A stretch of DNA of 59,565 bases. Source: Chloroherpeton thalassium (lineage in GTDB: Bacteria; Bacteroidota; Ignavibacteria; Kapaibacteriales; UBA2268). The stretch is taken from NCBI GenBank assembly GCA_020722095.1, contig DYLM01000005.1:1-59565 (forward strand). The letters are read 5' to 3'. A program made the translations under genes and the position numbers. The notes beneath the pieces were generated by a model that did not search any database, had not been told where the DNA came from, and saw nothing but the letters and a program-made list of their open reading frames with translations. Every line of letters starts with the position of its first letter. The stretch's first letter is position 1. Positions 47,265 through 55,981 of this stretch are shown here, piece by piece.

Positions 47265-49301
47265 TTACTTTACATCAGAAGCAAAACCAATACAATAAAG
47301 ATTTGTTCCATTACTAACAAATGTTAAAACATCTACCGCATTTGCAGTAGTAGTCAAAACTGGAGTGACTCCGCCTGGCCATTTCCAATTACCTGACCAA
47401 ACAGGCACTCTTGATCCAGTAGCATCTTGAATTACCATTAAAGTATACACAGCTCCACTTTTTTGATTAGAAAAACTAATTGTTCTATTCCCACCTAATG
47501 TTATGCTTTGAACATTAGAATTATTCCAATCAATAGCAACAGGCTCACCATCTGTTAAAACGTTGATCGTAGCATAATATTGTCCAGTAATTTCGCCTGT
47601 GGTGTCATAATTATGAAGATTCAAAGTTCCAGTAGGATTAACAACATTTATATCATTATTATAAGAATCATTTCCACTATACCAATTAATTACACCGCCA
47701 GTACCATATACATCTGCTTTGAATCCATCTGCTCCAATTCTAAAAACTGAATTATTATATGTATAAGCATAGGCAGTAGTTGCATATGTTATTCTGTATT
47801 GTATAGCATAAGCATCGCAGTTATCAAATATGCATCCTGAAATCAAAGTTGAATTAGGGAATTCAGCATTAACAAAATAAATACCACCTTCAAAATTTTT
47901 GAAGGTGCAATCTTCTATTTTATACCACGAAGAAGAGTTGAAATAATCCACCCACATTCCTTCACCATCACCGACAGTAGGAGCAGTCGTACCTCTGAAT
48001 TCACATCGCCTTATTACGCTGCCTGCCCCTAATGTACTTGATGGGCCAAGTCTGAATGGCTGACCATCCCAAGTATCATTATCAACTTCAAGAATACAAT
48101 CTTCTAAAATAAAATTTGTTATAACAATACTTGCTCCAGAACTGATTAAATTTATATCATCTGTTGTTTGAGCTGTTGTTTTCAGAGTCAAATTAGCGAT
48201 TCTCAGATTAGAATCTATCAGTATCATATTATCTACACTCTCACAGTAGATAATACACGAAAATTTATCAACTCCAACTAATGAAATCCAATCAGTCATC
48301 TGTAATGAGGCCGTTAATTGATACATACCAGGATTAATTCTCAATACATATCGTTTATTTGTAGTTTCATCAGTAATACCAGAAATAATAGTAGCAAGAT
48401 TATCCCCAGGATTAATTTCTATAACTTGATCACCAGGAGCACTGCCACCAGCAGCATTATTTTGGTGATCTCTAACAAATTTACCATATTGAGAAGTATC
48501 TATTTTTGATGTATCAAGTAAGCTATTGGTAGTATAATTCCCCAAACTATCATGAATAGATTTTTGTACATGAAATTGAGTAGAAAGATGTGGATTGCCA
48601 TCAGAAGTATCAGCAGAAACAGATACATCACCGCTAACACCGCCTCCAGATAAAGGAGCAACAGCTGTTACTGCTGTTATATCTCCAGCACCACCTCCAC
48701 CATTATTTTGGTGATCTCTAACAAATTTACCATATTGAGAAGTATCTATTTTTGATGTATCAAGTAAGCTATTGGTAGTATAATTCCCCAAACTATCATG
48801 AATAGATTTTTGTACATGAAATTGAGTAGAAAGATGTGGATTGCCATCAGAAGTATCAGCTCCTACTGTTATTGCTCCAGAATTTCCTCCTCCATTCAAT
48901 GGAGCTCCAACAGTCACTCCAGAAATATCTCCAATCTCAACAGCAACATAATCTACTCCAGCAGTAGCAATAGTTAGAGTGCCTGTTCCTGTATTGTTCT
49001 TCAATATTCCTGTAGCAAGTAAAGACAGAGCTTGTTCTTGTGTAAGAATAGAATTAGGAGTTTTCGTTACATAAGTAGCATCAATTGGGCAAGAACCAGG
49101 AGAAGTAGCAGATTGATGATTCTGAATAAAAATTTCCCAGTTTTCAGCATTAACACCTGTGGTATCTTGATTAAAGCCTGCAGAATTTACCACATTTCTA
49201 ATTTTAAGAAATTCTGAATAGGGAACAAATACGTTCGACTGTGAAGAAACAACAGAAGAAAATAACAATAAAAATAACACTACCAAAGTATTTTTTTTCA
49301 T
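47265..49301 (-). CDS. Secreted repeat protein with a fibre-like N-terminus and a beta-helix-like C-terminal half
   Basis: The signal peptide is MKKNTLVVLFLLLFSSVVSSQ. GILKNNTGTGTLTIATAGVDY resembles a fibre-type motif. It contains two 82-aa tandem units and an N/T/G-rich C-terminal half. Confidence 0.55.
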   Translation of the reverse strand: MKKNTLVVLFLLLFSSVVSSQSNVFVPYSEFLKIRNVVNSAGFNQDTTGVNAENWEIFIQNHQSATSPGSCPIDATYVTKTPNSILTQEQALSLLATGILKNNTGTGTLTIATAGVDYVAVEIGDISGVTVGAPLNGGGNSGAITVGADTSDGNPHLSTQFHVQKSIHDSLGNYTTNSLLDTSKIDTSQYGKFVRDHQNNGGGGAGDITAVTAVAPLSGGGVSGDVSVSADTSDGNPHLSTQFHVQKSIHDSLGNYTTNSLLDTSKIDTSQYGKFVRDHQNNAAGGSAPGDQVIEINPGDNLATIISGITDETTNKRYVLRINPGMYQLTASLQMTDWISLVGVDKFSCIIYCESVDNMILIDSNLRIANLTLKTTAQTTDDINLISSGASIVITNFILEDCILEVDNDTWDGQPFRLGPSSTLGAGSVIRRCEFRGTTAPTVGDGEGMWVDYFNSSSWYKIEDCTFKNFEGGIYFVNAEFPNSTLISGCIFDNCDAYAIQYRITYATTAYAYTYNNSVFRIGADGFKADVYGTGGVINWYSGNDSYNNDINVVNPTGTLNLHNYDTTGEITGQYYATINVLTDGEPVAIDWNNSNVQSITLGGNRTISFSNQKSGAVYTLMVIQDATGSRVPVWSGNWKWPGGVTPVLTTTANAVDVLTFVSNGTNLYCIGFASDVK
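48455..48860. repeat. Tandem duplication (period 246 bp) with 160 bp of perfect identity
   Basis: Copy 48455-48614 is identical to copy 48701-48860. The intervening 86 bp are diverged but homologous at the protein level. Confidence 0.9.
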
Positions 49302-49317
49302 TGATTTTTCTCCTCAC

Positions 49318-49683
49318 TTAATCTTTATCTTCATCATATTGATAAAGATACGCTTGTAATTTATTAACTGCATTGGTAGGAAGATAGCATATTCTCCAAA
49401 ACAGCATTTTAATACCTGTAGTTTGCATCAACATGGTATCAGAAGTAAAACTTGAAGAAGTTGTAAACAAAGATGTTAAATCTATAAACCCTCCAACCCC
49501 AGATGTTCTTGGAACATTTGATCCAGCAATTGTTACTTGCATATTATCAATTGCTAAGTGCAAAGTAAATTTACGAAAGGCATTTCCTCTAAACATGACA
49601 TAATGTTTTTTGATAGAAGCATTTTCAACATCAATAAGTTTTACTAAACCTAATGGAACTGGGCTTATGCTTTCTTCCGACAT
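49318..49683 (-). CDS. Hypothetical protein (first gene of the late operon)
   Basis: This 121-aa ORF has an AAGGAG RBS and is preceded by a 382-bp intergenic region. Confidence 0.45.
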   Translation of the reverse strand: MSEESISPVPLGLVKLIDVENASIKKHYVMFRGNAFRKFTLHLAIDNMQVTIAGSNVPRTSGVGGFIDLTSLFTTSSSFTSDTMLMQTTGIKMLFWRICYLPTNAVNKLQAYLYQYDEDKD

Positions 49684-50065
49684 GTTATCATCTCCTTGTC
49701 AAATAATTTGTTGAGCATTCATTTTCAATGTGATCAACCATATTCAATTCTTTATAAAATCATTACATAGAAATGGATACCACTTCAATTTTTTTTTATA
49801 ACATCACCGTTTTACTTGCGCGAATAGAAATTAATAAAAAAAATCAAAAACAAAAGAAAAAATTAAAAATAACCGTTTAAAGACCTGTAAAAATATTCTC
49901 CAAATCAAGAAAAAATATAATATCCAATTTTCACTTCTGTTTTTTTCACATATATCGCAAAATCTATTTTCTTCTCTAAACCAAGAATATTTATCATTGT
50001 GTTCATGATTTCATATAAATACTGGCATTCTTATTTCTCATACAATTTATTCTACCATATAGTTC

Positions 50066-50542
50066 TTATGATTTTTTATTATTGCCTTCAATAATCTTCG
50101 CCAAATACTCATTATAATCAAATGAATATAATTTATTCTCCACTTTCCGTTTTTTCAATGTAGATATAAAATTTATACCAAAATGTTTTTTGAAATTTAA
50201 ATTTTCTCCTGCTGGACAATCCATAAATCCTATGAGAAATAATATATATTTTATTCTCCACCAATTCATAGTAATGAAGTTCTCAAAAATTCCTTTCATC
50301 AATCCCATAAGAGTCAAAGGTCTGATCTTTATCAAATGAGCCTCAAATAATTGCTCTGTAATATAAAACTTCTGTGGCCATGGATTTACTGGTATACTTC
50401 TTCCATCCGAAATAAGAGTCACAATATCTCCTGTCCTGATATACTGCAATTCCTCTTTGTCTGTGAACATAATGTCAAGTGGAACCAATTTTTTTGTAGA
50501 CATACCATTCCTTTCATTGAATAACTCTTTTTTTTTCTCCAT
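50066..50542 (-). CDS. Hypothetical protein, isolated gene between two long intergenic regions
   Basis: This 158-aa ORF has one hydrophobic segment (WWRIKYILFLIGFM). Confidence 0.4.
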   Translation of the reverse strand: MEKKKELFNERNGMSTKKLVPLDIMFTDKEELQYIRTGDIVTLISDGRSIPVNPWPQKFYITEQLFEAHLIKIRPLTLMGLMKGIFENFITMNWWRIKYILFLIGFMDCPAGENLNFKKHFGINFISTLKKRKVENKLYSFDYNEYLAKIIEGNNKKS

Positions 50543-50634
50543 TTTATCTTCTTTTTCGTGTATATATCGAAAACTAATTTTTCTTACTTAATTACTTAAA
50601 AAAGAGAACAATACGAGTTTTTTGTTATAGGTAT

Positions 50635-50663
50635 ATATTATTTCCCCGAAGGGGAAATAATAT
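50635..50663. other. Perfect 13-bp inverted repeat with a 3-nt loop (hairpin or palindromic operator)
   Basis: The sequence is ATATTATTTCCCC-GAA-GGGGAAATAATAT. There is no U-tract on either strand. Confidence 0.7.
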
Positions 50664-50905
50664 GGAGCTGTAACAATAAAGCTCGTTGGTTAACACTTCA
50701 CCAATAAAAAAACAAAAATTTATCATACTTTTTCTTCCAATTCTTTGTCTTTCTTTTTTCTTTCTTGCAACTAAAAAACAATAATTTAAAAAAAATCACC
50801 TTTTTTAACACCTTTACTTAGTTTTTCTTTCATTTAACATAGATTTTTTTAATGAATTCTTACGTGATCCCTTATGAAGAATTTTCTGTGCTTCAATTTC
50901 AATTC

Positions 50906-50914
50906 ATTATACCA
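50906..50914 (-). promoter_or_regulatory. Candidate extended -10 promoter element TGGTATAAT
   Basis: The minus strand reads ...TTAGCATTGGTATAATGAATTG... in the 506-bp intergenic region. Confidence 0.3.
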
Positions 50915-50951
50915 ATGCTAAAAAATTAAATGAAAGTTTTTCCCTGAGTCT

Positions 50952-50960
50952 AATATACGT
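50952..50960 (-). promoter_or_regulatory. Copy 3 of conserved intergenic 9-mer ACGTATATT
   Basis: It is identical to the copies at 1055-1063 and 7849-7857. Confidence 0.3.
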
Positions 50961-51048
50961 TAAAATTATGATTCCTTAAAAGTAATTAATTCCAATTAAA
51001 AAAAATATTTTTTTTTCTTCCATATTTAAGTAAAGTTAAAACATGTTG

Positions 51049-51720
51049 TTACATTGTATTAAATTCCATTACATAACTGCTATATAATTTCTTTATAAAT
51101 GGTACGTATTTTAAGGTTTCTTCTTTCACATCAATTAAATTATTATTACACCAGTTTTGGCCACTGCGTGGCCCACCATTATATGCTGCCAATCCTCCAT
51201 CAACTCCAAATTGGTTTATCATACAAGATAAGTAATGACATCCCAATTCTATATTGTATAAAGGATTCTCCAAAATATCTTCAATTTTTGTGTAAGTTAT
51301 TTTTTTCCTTTCTATCAATTTAGTTTCATAAAGTAAGAAGATTCCTGTGGAAGGCATTATTTGCATTAAACCAATTGCACCCATTTTAGATCTGATATTA
51401 AAATCCCAAGTTTTAGCACTCTCATGAGTAATAAGAGCACATATTATATTGGTATTAAGATTGGGATATTTTATCGTCATCTCCCATATCAGATTGGCTA
51501 TTCTATCAATTTGTTCCTGAGGAATAGTTTTGTTATATTTGGTTATAATAGATTCTATTTTTTGTTTTTCTACTTCAGATTTAATTGTTATAGAATCTAT
51601 TATTCTGATACATTCTATTTGTTCTCCAATTGTATTATAATTTTGATTAATAGAATGTATTTCTATTGGGATGAACAAACTGGATATAAATGCTAAAATA
51701 GAATAAAATATCCCAATCAT
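51049..51720 (-). CDS. Lytic transglycosylase (SLT domain) with an N-terminal signal-anchor
   Basis: Motifs are THESAKTW...GAIGLMQIMPSTG...AAYNGGP. The hydrophobic N-terminus is MIGIFYSILAFISSLFIPI. The RBS is AGGAG. Confidence 0.8.
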   Translation of the reverse strand: MIGIFYSILAFISSLFIPIEIHSINQNYNTIGEQIECIRIIDSITIKSEVEKQKIESIITKYNKTIPQEQIDRIANLIWEMTIKYPNLNTNIICALITHESAKTWDFNIRSKMGAIGLMQIMPSTGIFLLYETKLIERKKITYTKIEDILENPLYNIELGCHYLSCMINQFGVDGGLAAYNGGPRSGQNWCNNNLIDVKEETLKYVPFIKKLYSSYVMEFNTM

Positions 51721-51735
51721 TAGAATCTCCTAAAT

Positions 51736-52350
51736 TTATTTATTTGATGATTCAACCAATTTGTCAGCTATCATTTTAATTGCTTCTGGAGTTTTAATTC
51801 TTTTTACATCTGATTCTTTGATGTGAAAATCATTTTGATTTTTAATTACATCAATCAAAATTTTCAATTGCTCAACAATATTTTTAACATTTGAATAGAA
51901 AATTTTAAAACTTTTATGTTTTCGAGCATTTAAAATTTGAGTACTCAAATCTTCAACAGATATATCAAAGTGAGTTAATAATTCATACATATCCACATAA
52001 CTACCATTTAACTCATATAAATTGGAAATGGAAGAACATTTATACCAGAATTTTTGTCCATCTACTCCTAATAAACAGACATAATCCTTTCCAATAGAGA
52101 ATTCCCATATTAAATATTCACGAATCTGATCTACACCAGGGAAACACACCAGTATTCTTTGGCCAACATTACAATTTATTATATCTAAACTTTTTTCTGA
52201 CTTTTTTATTCTCCTTGATTTTTTTATCCCTTTCTTTGATTTTTTTATTACTGTAGCAGATTTATCTACAACAACTGTTTTTTTTGATTCTGCCATTTCA
52301 TTTGTTGGATTCTCTACTACAATTTCAGATCCAATTACTGTCTCTTCCAT
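51736..52350 (-). CDS. Hypothetical protein with a basic K-rich N-terminal region
   Basis: This is a 204-aa ORF with no motif recognised. Confidence 0.4.
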   Translation of the reverse strand: MEETVIGSEIVVENPTNEMAESKKTVVVDKSATVIKKSKKGIKKSRRIKKSEKSLDIINCNVGQRILVCFPGVDQIREYLIWEFSIGKDYVCLLGVDGQKFWYKCSSISNLYELNGSYVDMYELLTHFDISVEDLSTQILNARKHKSFKIFYSNVKNIVEQLKILIDVIKNQNDFHIKESDVKRIKTPEAIKMIADKLVESSNK

Positions 52351-52367
52351 GATCTCTCCATGAAAAA

Positions 52368-53246
52368 TTAATCAATCAATTTTCCGTTGATTTCCAATTG
52401 AGGAATTTGTTCATATCCGTTGGTTTTTAGATATTTTCTTGTTTCTAAAAGTATTTCTTCCCGATCATTCCAAGAAAGATTTTTAGATTTACCAAGAACT
52501 GTGGCAAAATAATAAGTAAATGCACCATGCCAACTTAATCTAATGAAAGAATCATTAGATGCTTGATTTGCCATACAAGCACTCCAGAATATGGATCTGG
52601 AGTCTTCAGAAAACAAATTGGCAATAGGTTTTTTTACTTTTCTTGAAAAATTTTCTGGAGGAAAATGTATCCAACCAATTCCCTTAGAAAGATTAGATAC
52701 ATTGGTGCTGGTACTATCTGGTTGGGCAATATAGAATGGAGGCGGAATGAATCTAACAGTTTTGTTTAGTTCTGGTAATGCTCTGAGTCCACTTCCGCTA
52801 TGACAAGTATCAAGAAATACTTCCACATGGTGTCGTTTTTGTAGAATGTTGAAAAGATTATAAAATTCATCATCTACAATGATTGTATCTCTATTCCAAT
52901 CGTCTCCGCTTTGGATAGTATCATAGCAAACAAATGCCTCATCAAGATAATCTGTTATTTCATCACCATCTATATCTCTTGTTTGCGTACCATGGCTGGA
53001 CATTGAAAATAATAAAGTACCAGGAAATTTTTCTGAATTAAGAGTCTTTATAGAATCAGTAAGAGATTTTATTATATTTTGTTTAGTTGCTTGCATATCT
53101 GTTATAATTTGTATATTAGAATGATCAACTGAAAAATAATTTGAAAATAAATTTGACATTGTTTTTGCATCATTAATACACCCTTTCAATGATGCTTGTG
53201 GAAAATGTCTAAAACTGTTGATACCAACACAGATTGCTTTAATCAT
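52368..53246 (-). CDS. Caspase-like (peptidase C14) protease
   Basis: AICVGINSF...LKGCINDA is the family N-terminal pattern. The catalytic His context is SMSSHGTQ and the catalytic Cys context is FLDTCHSGS. The preferred start is ATG at 53246 (MIKAICV) after GAGAGGA. Confidence 0.7.
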   Translation of the reverse strand: MIKAICVGINSFRHFPQASLKGCINDAKTMSNLFSNYFSVDHSNIQIITDMQATKQNIIKSLTDSIKTLNSEKFPGTLLFSMSSHGTQTRDIDGDEITDYLDEAFVCYDTIQSGDDWNRDTIIVDDEFYNLFNILQKRHHVEVFLDTCHSGSGLRALPELNKTVRFIPPPFYIAQPDSTSTNVSNLSKGIGWIHFPPENFSRKVKKPIANLFSEDSRSIFWSACMANQASNDSFIRLSWHGAFTYYFATVLGKSKNLSWNDREEILLETRKYLKTNGYEQIPQLEINGKLID

Positions 53247-53256
53247 AAAATTCCTC

Positions 53257-53442
53257 TCAATTTGAAAGTACACGATCAAATATTTCTTGTATTTTTTCTT
53301 CTTCCATTTTTGATATTCCTATACACTTCTTCCTTTTCATTTTATTAAGAAAATCTTTTTCTATTGGAGTACACTTACTCCATTTAAGTTCTATCCAGTT
53401 TTCAATTGTATCTAATAATTCTTCTGGAGTTGATCTTTTCAT
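53257..53442 (-). CDS. Small hypothetical protein
   Basis: This is a tightly packed 61-aa ORF. Confidence 0.35.
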   Translation of the reverse strand: MKRSTPEELLDTIENWIELKWSKCTPIEKDFLNKMKRKKCIGISKMEEEKIQEIFDRVLSN

Positions 53443-53454
53443 CTTATTCTCCTT

Positions 53455-53742
53455 TTATTTAAGAGTATTAAATGGCCACCCTTGGTCAATATTTCTTCTC
53501 AATCTTTTTTTATGCTCCTTTCTTTTACATTTTATACATTTGGCAGTAAAATTTCTATTCTTCTGGTAAACTGCATGAAATTCTTTTGCCTCCTTCCATT
53601 TTTTACATTCTTCACAATAAATTGCATCCTCAAAATCTTTTGTCTGTGGAGGACGCAACATTGCTCTTATCTTAGCAAGAGCAAGTTGTTTGCTGCTTTT
53701 AGAAGAAAGTGGAGTAAGAATAATTGATTTTTTTTCGCTCAT
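53455..53742 (-). CDS. Small basic Cys4 zinc-ribbon-like protein
   Basis: It has CEECKKW...CIKCKRK pairs and a very basic C-terminus. Confidence 0.4.
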   Translation of the reverse strand: MSEKKSIILTPLSSKSSKQLALAKIRAMLRPPQTKDFEDAIYCEECKKWKEAKEFHAVYQKNRNFTAKCIKCKRKEHKKRLRRNIDQGWPFNTLK

Positions 53743-53744
53743 AA

Positions 53745-53858
53745 TTATAATCCAGAATTAATTAAACAATTTAGCTTATGTTTTCCATTTTTGATTCTTA
53801 AAAAGGCTTCTTTTGTGGAAATATAAGTCAATAACCAATCGCCATTTTCATTCTTCAT
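53745..53858 (-). CDS. Unlisted 37-codon ORF (possible small HTH protein)
   Basis: AAGGAGG lies 9 nt upstream of the ATG at 53858. Translation is MKNENGDWLLTYISTKEAFLRIKNGKHKLNCLINSGL. The stop lies 2 nt before the next gene start. The ORF is below the track size cut-off. Confidence 0.45.
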   Translation of the reverse strand: MKNENGDWLLTYISTKEAFLRIKNGKHKLNCLINSGL

Positions 53859-53962
53859 TTCATTATTCCTCCTTGTTATTTGTAACTGAATTAAAAATAA
53901 TGAATTATGAATTAGTAAACCGATTTAAAGAAACCGATTTCTTAAATAAATTAAATGATTAT

Positions 53963-54634
53963 TCATTTTAGTAGATAAATAGTGAAATCATTTTTCCGAT
54001 AATCATGCTTCAAAACAACTTTAGTAGTCACTTCTACCATTATATCATGCAAAAGATCTGGAGGATAATGATAAGCAGATGTTTTAATACTTTCACAATC
54101 ATTACTATTTGGACTGAAAGAGCTAAGAAAATTGACTGCTACTCCTACATCTGCTATCTCAAACATTTGTTTACACATTTCTAAAACATATCCAACATGT
54201 TCATCCCAATCTTTATGATAATACAAACCAAAAAGACCAGAAGCAAATACAAAATCAAATTTGGATGGGATTCTGTGATGTTTGCTTGCAGATTCTTGGT
54301 TCATCATATTAAAATAAAAGTCTTGGAAATCAATATGAATAAATTTAGCTATATTTGATTTATGTCGAGATTCTGCTATCTTTATCAATTTCAAAGTTCC
54401 ATCTATTCCAACATATAATTTAGGAATCATATCGGAATGAATAAGATAGTTATACAAATCTCCAAATCCACATCCAACATCGAGTAAAGTATAATCTCTA
54501 TTATAGTAATCTAATATTCCTTTCATTGCTTGGAATCTTTGAATTTGAGATTGTGAACTATTCCACAATACTTTCGTTGTTGGGCCAAATTCATCCAATT
54601 TTTTTTCATAAAATTCTGAATAATTAGTTTTCAT
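53963..54634 (-). CDS. SAM-dependent methyltransferase
   Basis: Motif I is TLLDVGCGFGDL. Confidence 0.65.
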   Translation of the reverse strand: MKTNYSEFYEKKLDEFGPTTKVLWNSSQSQIQRFQAMKGILDYYNRDYTLLDVGCGFGDLYNYLIHSDMIPKLYVGIDGTLKLIKIAESRHKSNIAKFIHIDFQDFYFNMMNQESASKHHRIPSKFDFVFASGLFGLYYHKDWDEHVGYVLEMCKQMFEIADVGVAVNFLSSFSPNSNDCESIKTSAYHYPPDLLHDIMVEVTTKVVLKHDYRKNDFTIYLLK

Positions 54635-54645
54635 ATTTCTTCTTC

Positions 54646-55344
54646 CTATCTTAAAATTTCTTTTGTTAATTTTCCACCCTGATTCATCAAAATATCCAAA
54701 ACAGATAAATTAGGAATAAATTCGCCAAATTGAAAATATTTTGGGTGTTCAAATATTTGATATTCCAAATAAATATTATTTTCTTGAAATTGTTCTTTTT
54801 TTAAATATTTTGTTCCAGATATTCCAGAAAGATAATGTGTTCCTCCAACAAACTTAACAAGTTCAATCAATTTAGATGTAGGATCATCAATTCCCTTTAT
54901 AGATATTCCTAATTCAGAGGCAAATACAAATTCACAATTCAAATCCATCCAATCGCTAAAAAGAGCAATAAATTTCTTGTTGAAATCAACAAGAAATACT
55001 TTATTTTTCTGATAAATACGTACTAAAGATGGAAAATAATTCATAAAAAATGGACATTTTCTATAATTATGATAAATTGTTCCGATATGTTTACGTATCC
55101 ATTTGTCACCATTTATTCCATTTATTATTCTAACATCTCTAATTAATTGGCCATATTTTTGTCGAATAGGAACTGTCAACCAACTTTCCCCTTGGTTCGT
55201 TTTGATTTTGCATCTATTTGTGAAACTTCCTCTACTAAATTGAACATTGTCCAATAGAATCATGAGATCGCTCTTCATCACCTTGTCCCAAAAGCCTAAC
55301 CATGGCATAAAATTGGGCTGATGAACGGCTACTATCTTATTCAT
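54646..55344 (-). CDS. WbqC-like family protein (polysaccharide/sugar modification)
   Basis: The N-terminal segment VAVHQPNFMPWLGFWDKVMKSDLMILLDNVQFSRGSFTNRCKIKT is the characteristic WbqC-family pattern. Confidence 0.65.
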   Translation of the reverse strand: MNKIVAVHQPNFMPWLGFWDKVMKSDLMILLDNVQFSRGSFTNRCKIKTNQGESWLTVPIRQKYGQLIRDVRIINGINGDKWIRKHIGTIYHNYRKCPFFMNYFPSLVRIYQKNKVFLVDFNKKFIALFSDWMDLNCEFVFASELGISIKGIDDPTSKLIELVKFVGGTHYLSGISGTKYLKKEQFQENNIYLEYQIFEHPKYFQFGEFIPNLSVLDILMNQGGKLTKEILR

Positions 55345-55357
55345 AATGCCTCCAAAG

Positions 55358-55981
55358 TTAAATTATCCAGCGAATACTTTCAAATACTTCTGCATATTGT
55401 ACGTCAATTAATCCTCCACGAAATCTTGCCCAATTTTTTATAAATGATTTATCAATGTAACTTTTTCCTAATTGCGTTATATAATTACTAAGAGCTTGTA
55501 TTTTTTTATCAATATGATTTTGTTCTAATATTGAAAATACATTAGTAGAAAAAGTTAAATTATTCCAAGGAATTTCATATCCTAATATGGAGACTTTTTT
55601 AAAAGCCCTGTATCCTTCTGCTGAAATTACTTTGTGATCTTGGTGAGTATCTGTTGTTGATGGCATAAAAACTAAATCAGGATTGTATTTATTATACCAA
55701 TTTATAAGAACTTCGAGAATATTCTGTCGATACTTAAAAAAATTTCTTACGGGACAATCATAAATTACATAAAAATTCACTCCTAACAGATTCATTGATT
55801 GCTGAAATTTGTATAAATTAATTTTTTCATCCACTCCTTTTGGAACTGATTGCCGCGCTATAGAAAATGTTATCACAAAAACTTCTTTCCCTTGATTAAT
55901 AAATTTGGAAATGGTGCCTCCACATCCAAACTCAGCATCATCTGTATGGGGAGCCAATATCATTATTCTTCTTTTATCCAT
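55358..55981 (-). CDS. PIG-L/LmbE-family N-acetylglucosaminyl deacetylase
   Basis: Motifs are ILAPHTDDAEFGCGGTI and ...THQDHK (metal-binding motifs). Confidence 0.7.
   Translation of the reverse strand: MDKRRIMILAPHTDDAEFGCGGTISKFINQGKEVFVITFSIARQSVPKGVDEKINLYKFQQSMNLLGVNFYVIYDCPVRNFFKYRQNILEVLINWYNKYNPDLVFMPSTTDTHQDHKVISAEGYRAFKKVSILGYEIPWNNLTFSTNVFSILEQNHIDKKIQALSNYITQLGKSYIDKSFIKNWARFRGGLIDVQYAEVFESIRWII

Noticed and set aside
50635-50663. Classifying the perfect palindrome as a canonical intrinsic terminator
   Set aside because: The stem is strong, but neither strand has a following U-tract. I kept it as an unclassified hairpin or operator.
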